Notes: generated by a model not told the origin, from the letters alone. Positions 27,003 through 37,097 are shown, counted from the first letter of the stretch. The stretch: DNA of 64,000 bases from Candidatus Saccharimonadota bacterium (GCA_018062785.1 JAGORO010000003.1:23801-87800); one strand, 5' to 3'. Numbers and translations are program-made.

Positions 27003-29711
27003 GTGGCCAAACAACAGACTGGCATGCGTCCTTTACAGCGTATCGCATTATTTTTCTTTGAACGCACGCGCCTAACAGCCATACTGGCTTTGGCGGTGGT
27101 GGTTTTTGGGGCGCTTTGCTACACAACGCTACTTAAGCGTGAGGGTTTCCCGACCATCAATGTGCCCTTTGCCATCGGCCAAGGAGCGTACCTAGTAAAC
27201 GACCCAGCAGAGGTAGACAAAAGTGCTGCTGCGCCTGTTAGCAAATTTCTGGCGGATCAGCCGGAAATAAAACAAGTTCAGACTACCAGTCTCGGGAACT
27301 TCTATACCGTGTTTGCTCAGTACAAAGAGGGCACAAATCCGCAGAGTGTTACCAAAAACCTCCAAGATCAGATTCTAGACAAGCGCCTAGCACCCGAGCA
27401 GTCAAAATTCTCCTTTGAGGCCGCAAGGTTTGGCTTTACAGAACGAGGTGACGACGCAGTCGTTTCATACTTCTCTGTTAAGAATGCCAATACCCCCGAG
27501 GCAGAATTGATCGCTGGCGCCCAAAAGGCTGCCGAATTTATTGCTAGCCAGAAAGGATTGATCAAAAGCGCCTCGATCATTAGCCCTGTCGAGTCTGCTA
27601 AAAACCCACTGACAGGGGAGAGTCAGCAGATACAAAGCCGGTTTGAACGCTTTGGTGAACGGCAAGACGGCAAGACCGAATTCTACACATCGATACCGAT
27701 AGGTGTAAGTATCGTCAAGGGTGGCGATGTCATAGATTTTGGTGATCAGCTCGAAGAGGCTGTCGCTGCCTATAACGAAACAAAAAGCAGCGATGGGTCG
27801 ATGACACGAGTCAGTGCAAGTTTTGCGCCAAGCATTCGCCAACAGATTGGAGAACTACAAAAAACACTTTTCGAAGGTTTTATCGCGGTTCTTATCATCG
27901 GTTCGATCGTCATTGCCGTTCGAGCCTCTTTCATAACTGTGCTGTCAATGCTTACGGTCATTCTGGCGACGCTAGGTGTACTCAAACTGGTTGGCTACTC
28001 TCTCAATACAATTACACTCTTTTCACTTATTTTAGGCCTGTCATTGATCGTGGATGACACTATTATTATGGTCGAGGCGATGGACGCTCAGCGCAAACGA
28101 AAAACGAACGCTAACAATATAGTTTCGACGGCAGTTGGCAAAGTCGGTGGGGCAATGATTGCCGCTACGCTGACAGCCGTGCTTAGCTTTACGCCACTCC
28201 TGTTCGTAGGTGGTATCTTAGGCGAGTTTATCCGCGCCATCCCAACGACCATTATTTCTGCGCTACTGATTAGTCTCGGCGTGGCACTGATATTCATTCC
28301 GTATTACGCACGATTTTTGATGCTCGGTCGCAAGCATCTCGGTAAAAATGCCGAACACGAAGTTGCCGAAGATTTCGAGCGCGCAGTTGCTCGTGGGTTG
28401 TCCGCACCAATGCTGTGGGCACAGCACAGCAGAAAAAGACTGGTTGCTGTCTGCCTTGCGGCCTTGAGCATCAGCTTGATTTTTATTGGGGCGAGTGGCT
28501 ATTTATTTGGTAAGGTTAAGTTCAACATTTTCCCAGCGGCAAAAGATAGCAATCAGATACAGTTAACACTTGCCTTCGCGCCCAGTACAACAATCAAAAC
28601 TGCTGAACAAGCGACGGATAAAGTTCTAGAAAAGGTCAAAACAACGCTTGGAGAAAACTTTGCGTACACGGCCAATTACGGTCAGGCAAATGCACAGCAG
28701 GCCACCTTTACTATCGAGCTTATCGACTACAACAAGCGTAAGCCAACTGCCACGCAGCTCATCGAAAATCTCAAAAATGAGACAAAAAATACCCCAAACA
28801 CAAAAGTGACGGTGAGCGCTCTCGGGGCGGGTGGTCCGGCAGGGGCTCTAAGTATCCAAGTTGCAGCCGACAAAAACCGCGCTGCGGCCCAAAAACTTGC
28901 AGATACTATTGCCAGATTCATTCGATCGAAGGACATTAAGAAGCTCGACGGTACAAAAGTCGGCATAGAGTCGGTCGAGGTTGGTAGCGCCGATGTCTAT
29001 ACACGAACAGATAACAAATTGTTCATTGGCGTAACGCCTACATTCACAGACACCGATACGAGCGCGGTATTCGTTTTGGTACAAAACGCAGTCGAAAAGG
29101 AGTTTACGCCCGAAAGAGTAGCGAGCTATGGCCTAGAAAAAGATGCGGTGTCATTCAACACCGGCCAAGAGCAAGAAAATACCGATAGCTTTAAAACGCT
29201 AGCTATGGCGTTTCCGGCCGTCTTGCTGATGATATTTATCGTTTTGGCCATCCAGTTCAGAAGTCTCTTGCAGCCGCTCCTCATCTTCATGGCGATTCCG
29301 TTTAGTCTTTTTGGCATTACGCTCGGTCTTTGGCTAACCGACAACCCATTTAGCTTCTTTGCCATGCTCGGCTTCTTTGCTTTAATTGGCCTGAGTATTA
29401 AAAATACGATTCTTCTTACCGACTACGCCAATCAAGCTCGTCGAGCTGGGATGAATCCGGTCGATGCGGCACACGAAGCTTTGGCAGAACGATTCCGACC
29501 ACTTATTGCGACGAGCTTGACGGCAATCGTATCAATAATTCCACTGGCACTTACTAGTCCGTTCTGGCAGGGTCTTGCCGTGGTATTGATGTTTGGCTTG
29601 TTGTCGAGCACTTTCCTGGTGGTAACGGTATACCCGTACTACTACCTTATGGGTGAGTTTGCCCGAGGTGCGACCCGCCGACAATTTCGCCGGCTAATTC
29701 GCAAAAAATAG
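27003..29711 (+). CDS. RND-superfamily efflux/export permease (short, about 900 aa)
   Basis: 12-TM duplicated architecture with two extracytoplasmic loops and AcrB-like TM4 (LSLIVDDTIIMVEA). SD GAGAGGGG upstream of the GTG start. Confidence 0.82.
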   Translation: MAKQQTGMRPLQRIALFFFERTRLTAILALAVVVFGALCYTTLLKREGFPTINVPFAIGQGAYLVNDPAEVDKSAAAPVSKFLADQPEIKQVQTTSLGNFYTVFAQYKEGTNPQSVTKNLQDQILDKRLAPEQSKFSFEAARFGFTERGDDAVVSYFSVKNANTPEAELIAGAQKAAEFIASQKGLIKSASIISPVESAKNPLTGESQQIQSRFERFGERQDGKTEFYTSIPIGVSIVKGGDVIDFGDQLEEAVAAYNETKSSDGSMTRVSASFAPSIRQQIGELQKTLFEGFIAVLIIGSIVIAVRASFITVLSMLTVILATLGVLKLVGYSLNTITLFSLILGLSLIVDDTIIMVEAMDAQRKRKTNANNIVSTAVGKVGGAMIAATLTAVLSFTPLLFVGGILGEFIRAIPTTIISALLISLGVALIFIPYYARFLMLGRKHLGKNAEHEVAEDFERAVARGLSAPMLWAQHSRKRLVAVCLAALSISLIFIGASGYLFGKVKFNIFPAAKDSNQIQLTLAFAPSTTIKTAEQATDKVLEKVKTTLGENFAYTANYGQANAQQATFTIELIDYNKRKPTATQLIENLKNETKNTPNTKVTVSALGAGGPAGALSIQVAADKNRAAAQKLADTIARFIRSKDIKKLDGTKVGIESVEVGSADVYTRTDNKLFIGVTPTFTDTDTSAVFVLVQNAVEKEFTPERVASYGLEKDAVSFNTGQEQENTDSFKTLAMAFPAVLLMIFIVLAIQFRSLLQPLLIFMAIPFSLFGITLGLWLTDNPFSFFAMLGFFALIGLSIKNTILLTDYANQARRAGMNPVDAAHEALAERFRPLIATSLTAIVSIIPLALTSPFWQGLAVVLMFGLLSSTFLVVTVYPYYYLMGEFARGATRRQFRRLIRKK

Positions 29712-29796
29712 GCACATAGTACGTACGCATTCCGACTATTTTCCGCTACGCTTATATGCTACAGTGATCGTATCAGTTTCATAGGAGGTGAACTAC

Positions 29797-30450
29797 ATGT
29801 CTGAGCACAAACGTAACAAGACAGCCTTGGCAAATGCCAAAAGCCCAAGCAAGCCATCGGCGCAAACAGCACGGGACGAAGAAATCCAAATCGCAATTGA
29901 GCGCGATCGTAATGCCCGTGGTGGCTTTCTACTTGATGGAGCCGTGTGGCTGCTATCGCGCTTTCCACTGACGCGCGACCGGTACCAGAACTGGACGCGC
30001 ACTAAACGCATTATTATTGGTTGGTTACTTTGGCTTATTTTGCTGCCAATAATCCCAATCGCAATCGCAATCATTTGGTTTGTCCGTGACCCAGAAGGGT
30101 TCAAAAAAAGTCCATGGGCAAAGGCCTTAATTGTACTTTGTTTGGCATGGGGAGGCTACTTTGGTGCTGTTGCGACAAACCCGTCTCAAGCAGACGTAAA
30201 CGGTCGCTACTCACCGGTGCAAACTGCGCCAAATGGTGAAGTCGCTGGCAAGCAGGATAGCCTCAATACAGCCTCTGAAGAGTCTAAGCAAAAGGTCGCT
30301 AAGCAAACCGAAAGCAAAGACTCGCAGGGTCGCAAATTCAAGAACTGTACAGAAGCCTTCGAGGTAGGCGTTTTCGACATTAAGCGTCCCAACGCCTCAT
30401 ACGAGCGCAAGCTCGACCGCGATAACGACGGTATAGCCTGCGAGAAATAA
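29797..30450 (+). CDS. Membrane protein with C-terminal Excalibur calcium-binding domain
   Basis: FKNCTEAFEVGVFDIKRPNASYERKLDRDNDGIACEK (DxDxDGxxCE). Perfect SD AGGAGGTG upstream of the ATG at 29797. Confidence 0.8.
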   Translation: MSEHKRNKTALANAKSPSKPSAQTARDEEIQIAIERDRNARGGFLLDGAVWLLSRFPLTRDRYQNWTRTKRIIIGWLLWLILLPIIPIAIAIIWFVRDPEGFKKSPWAKALIVLCLAWGGYFGAVATNPSQADVNGRYSPVQTAPNGEVAGKQDSLNTASEESKQKVAKQTESKDSQGRKFKNCTEAFEVGVFDIKRPNASYERKLDRDNDGIACEK

Positions 30451-30452
30451 CT

Positions 30453-31037
30453 ATGGAACAGGCAATAAAAGATGCAGTACTACAGCAGGTTACCGGCAAG
30501 GTAAAAGATGCGATATCGCAGCGGACCGGACTTGATGGCGGCGCAGCAGATGACGCTATCGACACAGCCCTAAATACAATTCTGGGTGGCTTACAAGGCA
30601 GTGTAAAGTCAGAAAAAGGTGCAGAAGCGCTCGACACAGCAGTCACACAAGACCATTCGGGCGGTATGCTCGAAGACCTAGCAAGCTCGGTTGCAGACGG
30701 CAGCTTACAGGGCGACGGTGCGAAAATTTTGGGCCACATTTTTGGTCAGAAAAACACCGAGACCGTTGCCGAAAACGCTGCCAAAACGGCTGGTACAGAC
30801 ACTGGTGCGATGGCAGACGTATTGAGCACGCTTGCTCCGATTGTGCTTAATCAGCTCGGGCAGAGCAAAAAGAGCGAAGGGCTCGACGCTGGCGACATTG
30901 CCGACAAGATCTTGCGCCAACAACTACCAAAGGGTCAAATGACGAACATCCTCACCGGATTGCTGGACCGTGACAACGATGGTCAAATTATCGACGACAT
31001 CCTAGATATGGGTCAAGGCTTCCTAAAGAAAAAGTAG
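30453..31037 (+). CDS. DUF937-like protein
   Basis: Gly/Ala-rich helical repeats and terminal LLDRDNDGQIIDDILDMGQGFL, typical of DUF937. Confidence 0.6.
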   Translation: MEQAIKDAVLQQVTGKVKDAISQRTGLDGGAADDAIDTALNTILGGLQGSVKSEKGAEALDTAVTQDHSGGMLEDLASSVADGSLQGDGAKILGHIFGQKNTETVAENAAKTAGTDTGAMADVLSTLAPIVLNQLGQSKKSEGLDAGDIADKILRQQLPKGQMTNILTGLLDRDNDGQIIDDILDMGQGFLKKK

Positions 31038-31928
31038 CTACTTTAGTACGCTAAGTAAAATCGCACAAGTGACCATGATTGCCGCCCCAATAAACCGTAT
31101 TTTGTATACGTATGGCGGGTGACTTTCGAGCCAGCTGCTAAACTTCTTAGATGCAATCCAAACGAATATCATCGAAAGAGGCAAAGATACGATTACCGAG
31201 CTAATCGTATAGGCTTTGCCGTACGCAATTGCAGACGAAGCAACGTATATAAACCCCGTGACGCCAAGCGCGGCGAAGGGAACGGCTTTCTGCTTGGTCC
31301 ATGTCTCGTCCTGCCATTTAACGAAGAAAAGTGAGGGGGCTAGGAACAATAATGTGAAGGTGTCTTGCCACAAAACCGTCGTGGTAAAGCCGTTCTCTGC
31401 ATAGGCCTTGTTTACGAAATATCCAGTCAGGGCAAGGGCGGTCATCGAGGCTATGGCCACAAAAATGTACTTGTTCTTGAATGCCCTTAAGCCCAAGTGC
31501 TCATCGAAAGAGGCGAGCGGACTGGCCAAAATGATCACACAAACCAGTAGTATAGAGAGTATCGACAATTGTTCGTGTAACACTACAACACCCAATAGCA
31601 CTGCAAAGACAGTGCGAAACGAAAATAAGGGAGCCATAGTCGAGGTATCTATCTTAAATAGCGCCGTAGAGTAAAGCAAAAAGAACAAGGCATGAAAAAT
31701 CCCTAACGCGACGAAGACGCCCCAACTGTGGGGCATACCGGCACCCCACAGCAGCATCAATGGCACGACGAGAGGATAGGTTGCACCAACCCAAAATACA
31801 TTAAATAGCCAAGAGCTTTTGATCAGGGTTTTACTGCTCGCCTTTAGGATCAAAGGCTCCAGCCCAGAGCTTATCGATGCAATCCACGCCAAAAGTATCG
31901 TCATAGCGGAAGTATAATACAAAGACAA
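31038..31928 (-). CDS. EamA/DMT-family transporter
   Basis: 10-TM duplicated EamA-like profile. Confidence 0.7.
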   Translation of the reverse strand: MSLYYTSAMTILLAWIASISSGLEPLILKASSKTLIKSSWLFNVFWVGATYPLVVPLMLLWGAGMPHSWGVFVALGIFHALFFLLYSTALFKIDTSTMAPLFSFRTVFAVLLGVVVLHEQLSILSILLVCVIILASPLASFDEHLGLRAFKNKYIFVAIASMTALALTGYFVNKAYAENGFTTTVLWQDTFTLLFLAPSLFFVKWQDETWTKQKAVPFAALGVTGFIYVASSAIAYGKAYTISSVIVSLPLSMIFVWIASKKFSSWLESHPPYVYKIRFIGAAIMVTCAILLSVLK

Positions 31929-31956
31929 TCAGAAGTACGCGTGCTAAAATGGTCGT

Positions 31957-32979
31957 ATGGAAAATGAGAAGGTAACAACAGGGGTGGAAAGCGCCGATGA
32001 GGCGAAATCAGTCGAAACATATCAAGAAACCGATGTATTTGCCTGGGCGAATAACCTCGTGCAATATAAAGATGAGCTTAAGGTGGAGCTGTTTTTTATT
32101 AGTAAAAACTATGTGCTATACAAAACAGCACTAGCCGAAGGGCTCAAGAAGCAACTCGAGCCGCTATTTATCGACGAAATGCTCGAATATATTTTGGACG
32201 GGGCGGCCAATGGGCTGATCGTGCGTGGGTTTGAGCAGGCCGAGGCCGAGCAAAACGTACTACAGCGCACGCGTGTCGACAATGTCGAGAAGCTCAAAGA
32301 AACACTAGGCTGGCTTAAGACACAGGAACGCGAAATCGTGCTATTCAAGGATGACGAGCACGACATAAACCATATGAAGGGCGTCTTGGCGCGTATTTCG
32401 CACGCAGAGGTAAGGCAGCCGTTTTACGTTGCAAAAGTCTTGCCACGTAGCCAAGTAATGAAGGGCAAGCAGGGCTGGATGCTCAGGAGCGACAAATTTA
32501 TACCATTCGATGCAGAGGCGGCTGTGCGCTTGCCGAGCGATCCACAACTACTGGTGCTCGACCAAGATCTATACGTGTTTAGCCAAGGTAAGCTCAAGAC
32601 ATTATTTGGCTACGATGCTAAAGAGGCCGCCATCGCCGAGAGCAAGGTTCGCGAACTCGAAGAAGCGTACGACCTAAGTTTTCCGGAGGGCGCTAACATC
32701 CAAGACTTCCTTAAGGGCAAAAAATCGATTATCAAAAAACTCCAAAAGCTAGATGTCGGCAAAGTGACGCAAGAGCAAGCGCTGAAGTACGCCGAAGATA
32801 TGGACATAGAACTCATGCCAGACGATGCCGGCAAGATCATCATCATGGACGAGAAAAACCTCGAAACTTTCGTGAATGTCATCAATGAGGACTACTGGGA
32901 ATCACCACTGACGGGCGAAAAGTACGAAATCATCAAAAAACGTCCTCTCAAAGTCAAGGCCGAAGAAGACCAAGCGTAG
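31957..32979 (+). CDS. Hypothetical acidic 340-aa protein (tentatively DUF4868/KwaB-like)
   Basis: Uninterrupted ORF. Extended -10 TGcTAAAAT lies 6 nt upstream of the ATG. The family assignment is a weak by-eye impression. Confidence 0.55.
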   Translation: MENEKVTTGVESADEAKSVETYQETDVFAWANNLVQYKDELKVELFFISKNYVLYKTALAEGLKKQLEPLFIDEMLEYILDGAANGLIVRGFEQAEAEQNVLQRTRVDNVEKLKETLGWLKTQEREIVLFKDDEHDINHMKGVLARISHAEVRQPFYVAKVLPRSQVMKGKQGWMLRSDKFIPFDAEAAVRLPSDPQLLVLDQDLYVFSQGKLKTLFGYDAKEAAIAESKVRELEEAYDLSFPEGANIQDFLKGKKSIIKKLQKLDVGKVTQEQALKYAEDMDIELMPDDAGKIIIMDEKNLETFVNVINEDYWESPLTGEKYEIIKKRPLKVKAEEDQA

Positions 32980-33044
32980 CTTTTATTGCTAATATTCTGG
33001 ACACTGGCATATACTGAGAGTATTACGAATATGAGGGGATAAAA

Positions 33045-34142
33045 ATGGAGCCATCACAAGATTCAGTAAACGAAGTAAATCAGTCAGCCGCCCAGCCGGT
33101 TGTACCTACCGTTGCACCTGCAAATGTAGCACCGGTAAGCAGCTCGGCTGGAAACAGTAAGAAGAAGTGGCTATTTGCTTTAGCGCTCGCTTTACCACTC
33201 CTAGTTGTAGGTGGTGCTGGAGCATACTACGGAGTTGTACTGCCAAATAAACCAGAAAATGTACTCAAAATGGCGGTCGTAAACTCGCTATCTGAAGAAA
33301 ATGTTGCCATGAACGGCACATTCGATATGGAATCTGCCGACAAAGCATCAACCAAGCAGTCGGTGCCTGCAACGAGCATCACATTCAATATAGGCCGGAA
33401 TGAAGATAAGACGTTTGCGGGCACAATGAACGTAGCAATGTCTGGAGTGAAGATAGATGCCGATATGCGTTACATTGGTGAGAATCTTTATGTCAAGCTT
33501 GGAGATCTCTCGACAGTAGCTAGCTTGGCAGACGGGTATATGGCTGGCGCCTCAACAATCCTGACTAAAATTCAGAACCAATGGGTCGAAGCAGACAAGA
33601 CGCTCCTCAAGCAAGCAAATGTTGCATGTTTTCTGGAAAGCAAAACTGAATTAACGGATGCGGACTTCAAGGCGCTCAATGCTGCCTACGATAAAAACAA
33701 GTTTGCAGAGATTAAGACAACTGCGAAAGATACCGTGAACGGCAAATCGGCCACAAAGTTCGAACTGCTACTGGACGATAATAGGATGGCCGATTTTTAT
33801 AAGAACGATATCATGAAACTTGAAAGCGTCAAAAAACTGCAGGATTGCGGCGGTGACAAGGTCGACACGGCTCAGCTCGATAAGCTAAAAGATAACGACA
33901 AAACTCTGCTTACTGTTTGGATTGCAGACAAAAAAATCGTCAAGCTTGCCTCGAGCTCTACGAAACAAGATGCGGACAAGTCGAATCTTAAGGGAAGTCT
34001 AAGCGCAGTTATTGACTACAAAAAGACAGAGGTCGCAAAGCCTACTGGAGCCAAGCCTCTGATGACTCTAGTGTCAGAGATTCAGCAGTCGAGCGGTGCA
34101 TTGGCTTCTCCGTCGACAGTACAGCCAGCAACTAGACAGTAA
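33045..34142 (+). CDS. Hypothetical membrane-anchored extracytoplasmic protein
   Basis: N-terminal TM (WLFALALALPLLVVGGAGAYYGVV), then a soluble domain. SD GAGGGG upstream. Confidence 0.6.
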   Translation: MEPSQDSVNEVNQSAAQPVVPTVAPANVAPVSSSAGNSKKKWLFALALALPLLVVGGAGAYYGVVLPNKPENVLKMAVVNSLSEENVAMNGTFDMESADKASTKQSVPATSITFNIGRNEDKTFAGTMNVAMSGVKIDADMRYIGENLYVKLGDLSTVASLADGYMAGASTILTKIQNQWVEADKTLLKQANVACFLESKTELTDADFKALNAAYDKNKFAEIKTTAKDTVNGKSATKFELLLDDNRMADFYKNDIMKLESVKKLQDCGGDKVDTAQLDKLKDNDKTLLTVWIADKKIVKLASSSTKQDADKSNLKGSLSAVIDYKKTEVAKPTGAKPLMTLVSEIQQSSGALASPSTVQPATRQ

Positions 34143-34240
34143 AAACCGCTCGCCAACAGCGAATACGGGTGCATACATGCGCCCGTATTTTTAGTAAACA
34201 CAACAGTATTTTAAAAGCTCTGTCGGTATACTGTGGGTAT

Positions 34241-35749
34241 ATGAGACAACTGCAGGCATTGACGATTTTGATGCGAGGTGACTCGGCGTTTTTGACTGGC
34301 CCTCCGGGCGCAGGGAAAACACACACCCTTAACGAGTTTATCCGGCAAGCACGAGCGAGCGGCAAAACGGTCGCCGTCACGGCGAGCACGGGTATCGCAG
34401 CGACGCACATTGGCGGCACGACCATACATAGCTGGTCTGGTCTTGGGATCCGAGAGGTAATTAGCGAGCACGAGGCAATCAAGCTTCAGGCGAATTCCAA
34501 ACTCATTAAGCGCTATAATGGCACTGATGTACTGGTAATAGATGAGGTTTCGATGCTGCATGGGCATCGGCTCGACCTTGTGAACCATGTTGCCAAAATG
34601 CTCCGCAAATCAGACAAGCCGTTTGGGGGTATGCAGGTAATCCTAGTTGGTGATCTGTTCCAGCTACCGCCAATTACTAGGGGCAGGGATATCGTCGATT
34701 TTGTGCATCATTCCGAGGCATGGCAAGAGCTGAGCCCAACTATCTGCTACCTAACCGAACAGCACCGCGTGAGCGGAAATGATGAGCTGCTTGATCTATT
34801 AGGAGCGATGCGTCGTGGCGATATCAATGAGTTTCATGAGCAAGCGCTGCGTGAGCGGCTAGAAGCTAGCGTGGGTGATCAAACCGTCACAAAATTGTAT
34901 TCACACAACACCGATGTCGATAGCATTAATGACCAGCATCTTAGGGCTTTGACGGGCGATGGCAAGCGTTTTTTGATGGGCGGAACGGGGAGCAAAACCA
35001 AGCAAGAAGCGCTGCGTAATAGCGTGCTTGCACCGGAGGCACTCATTCTAAAGCGTGGCGCAGAAGTTATGTTTGTGGCGAATAATTTTCCGCAAGGGTT
35101 TGTAAACGGCACTCGAGGCACCGTGGTAGATTTTGTAGATAATCGTCCGCTCGTGGAGACGCGTGAGGGAGAGGAAATTAAGGTCGAGCCGCACAGCTGG
35201 AAGTACGAAGAAGACGGACGTGTCCAAGCCGAACTGACCCAGCTACCACTTCGCCTAGCATGGGCGATCACTATTCACAAAAGTCAGGGGATGAGCTTGG
35301 ATGCTGCCGAGATAGACCTGAGCCGTAGTTTTACGCCCGGTATGGGGTATGTAGCGCTGAGCCGCGTGCGGGGAATGGACGGTGTATACCTAAGGGGTGT
35401 AAATAACCTTGCACTTGCTATGCACCCAGATATTTTCGAGTTCGATGGCGCACTGCGTGAGGCATCCGAGGCGGTGGCAAGTGTAATCGAGGATTTTGCG
35501 CCAGATACCAAAACCGCAAATGAGGATGAACCCGTCGAAAACGAGCTGCTCCTAGCCGAGCTTAAGGCATGGCGAACCGAGCGGGCAAGAAGAGACAAGA
35601 TTGCACCGTATATGGTACTCCACGATACTACCTTACAGGAGCTTGCGCGCCGGAAGCCGCAAACCGAACAGGCCCTGTTGGGGGTGAAGGGACTGGGGCC
35701 TATGAAGATCGAAAAATTCGGCCAAGAGATACTCGGTATATTGACCTAA
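34241..35749 (+). CDS. PIF1/RecD-family SF1B helicase with C-terminal HRDC domain
   Basis: Walker A GPPGAGKTH, Walker B VLVIDEVSM, ILVGDLFQLPP, AITIHKSQG, and an HRDC-like tail (LKAWRTERARRDKIAPYMVLHDTTLQELARRKP...LGVKGLGPMKIEKFG). Confidence 0.85.
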   Translation: MRQLQALTILMRGDSAFLTGPPGAGKTHTLNEFIRQARASGKTVAVTASTGIAATHIGGTTIHSWSGLGIREVISEHEAIKLQANSKLIKRYNGTDVLVIDEVSMLHGHRLDLVNHVAKMLRKSDKPFGGMQVILVGDLFQLPPITRGRDIVDFVHHSEAWQELSPTICYLTEQHRVSGNDELLDLLGAMRRGDINEFHEQALRERLEASVGDQTVTKLYSHNTDVDSINDQHLRALTGDGKRFLMGGTGSKTKQEALRNSVLAPEALILKRGAEVMFVANNFPQGFVNGTRGTVVDFVDNRPLVETREGEEIKVEPHSWKYEEDGRVQAELTQLPLRLAWAITIHKSQGMSLDAAEIDLSRSFTPGMGYVALSRVRGMDGVYLRGVNNLALAMHPDIFEFDGALREASEAVASVIEDFAPDTKTANEDEPVENELLLAELKAWRTERARRDKIAPYMVLHDTTLQELARRKPQTEQALLGVKGLGPMKIEKFGQEILGILT

Positions 35750-35779
35750 GTCAAAATAAATGCTAGAGTATTAAATTCT

Positions 35780-36403
35780 ATGAGTACAAAAAAACCTATT
35801 CGACGAATAGCACCCTATTATGAGGTGGGATCTTTTGGTGTTCCCAAGGAGTATGCAAGTGCTGTTTGTCGGTCTGCGGTTGGCGTAGTATCGCGATATG
35901 TTGGTCCGATAGCTCTCGTAAGCATAAAAGGAATGCGCATTAGAAGCGATGGTTCTGAGCTGCCATTATCGCGGTTGCACATCATGAACGAAGAGAGCCA
36001 TACGGTATTATTTACTAAGCGTACCGTGACGGATGCTGCTGGTGGCCTAGAAGGGCATAGACTCGGTGGCCTGACGCGCGTTGAGCGAATTCTTGTAACT
36101 AGCTTAACTCCTACAGAAATTAAATTTGGCATAGAGGAGAAAACTGCTATAGCGGTCGCTGTAAATAATGGTACCGGTCTAATGAATCAGCCTGCTGCTA
36201 TGATGGCCACCATTCATGAGATTGGCCATAGTTTTAGTTTGGGCCACTGCGAAGTAACAGAGACTTGTGTGATGTCGCCCACGGATGAAGGCTGGAGGGG
36301 CAGTCACGCAGTGCCCAAAAAGCCGTTTTGTGACGATCATGGTAGCGAATTAAGGAATTTTGCTGCAAAGGCCGCAGCAGATGTATTACTGAACTTTCAG
36401 TAG
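35780..36403 (+). CDS. Archaemetzincin-like (M54) zinc metallopeptidase
   Basis: IHEIGHSFSLGHCEVTETCVMS fits HExxHxxGxxHCx4CxM. The downstream Cys pair is degenerate (CDDH). Confidence 0.65.
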   Translation: MSTKKPIRRIAPYYEVGSFGVPKEYASAVCRSAVGVVSRYVGPIALVSIKGMRIRSDGSELPLSRLHIMNEESHTVLFTKRTVTDAAGGLEGHRLGGLTRVERILVTSLTPTEIKFGIEEKTAIAVAVNNGTGLMNQPAAMMATIHEIGHSFSLGHCEVTETCVMSPTDEGWRGSHAVPKKPFCDDHGSELRNFAAKAAADVLLNFQ

Positions 36404-36455
36404 GTGCAGTACTGTAACGAATGTGAGTTATTACTAATTCTGGTATCATACCTGT

Positions 36456-37097
36456 ATGAGTGAGAGTAAAAATCAGAAAAGAGGCGGGTGGTTTCGTCGC
36501 AAGAAGCCTCAGGCCCAGATTCAGGCCAAAAAAACACTCCATAACTATGCGTTTATCGACAGTCAGAACCTAAACCTTGGTGTACAGAAGGTTGGTTGGA
36601 AGATGGACTGGCGAAAGTTCCGGGAATGGCTACGGACCGAACACGACGTCGAGCAGGCATTTATGTTCATCGGCTACTTACCCGAGAATGAGAATCTTTA
36701 TCAGCAGATGTATGACCATGGCTTTTTGGTGGTTCTTAAACCAACATTGGAGATTAGCCAAGTAGAGAAACCGGGCGATAAAAAGGAAGACAAGCCCGCC
36801 ACCAAGGGGAATATCGATGCTGACCTTGTCCTCCATGCCATGAAAGAGCTGCCCAACTACAAAAAAGCCATCTTGGTCAGTGGCGACGGAGACTTCTTCG
36901 GGCTAATTGAGTATTTAGCAAGTCAAGAAAAACTCGCGAAGGTACTCACGCCCAATCGCCGTTACTCAACACTTCTAAAAGATTTCGATTCCCATATTGA
37001 GGATATCAACGCCTATCGCCGAGAACTTGCCTACCGAGATCGTAGAGTGGGCCCAAAACGAAGAGCCATAGCTACACAGAGACAAGATAGAAAATGA
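36456..37097 (+). CDS. NYN/LabA-like domain protein (predicted RNase)
   Basis: YAFIDSQNLNLG...ILVSGDGDFFGLIEYL. Basic N-terminal tail. Extended -10 TGgTATCAT lies 6 nt upstream of the ATG. Confidence 0.75.
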   Translation: MSESKNQKRGGWFRRKKPQAQIQAKKTLHNYAFIDSQNLNLGVQKVGWKMDWRKFREWLRTEHDVEQAFMFIGYLPENENLYQQMYDHGFLVVLKPTLEISQVEKPGDKKEDKPATKGNIDADLVLHAMKELPNYKKAILVSGDGDFFGLIEYLASQEKLAKVLTPNRRYSTLLKDFDSHIEDINAYRRELAYRDRRVGPKRRAIATQRQDRK

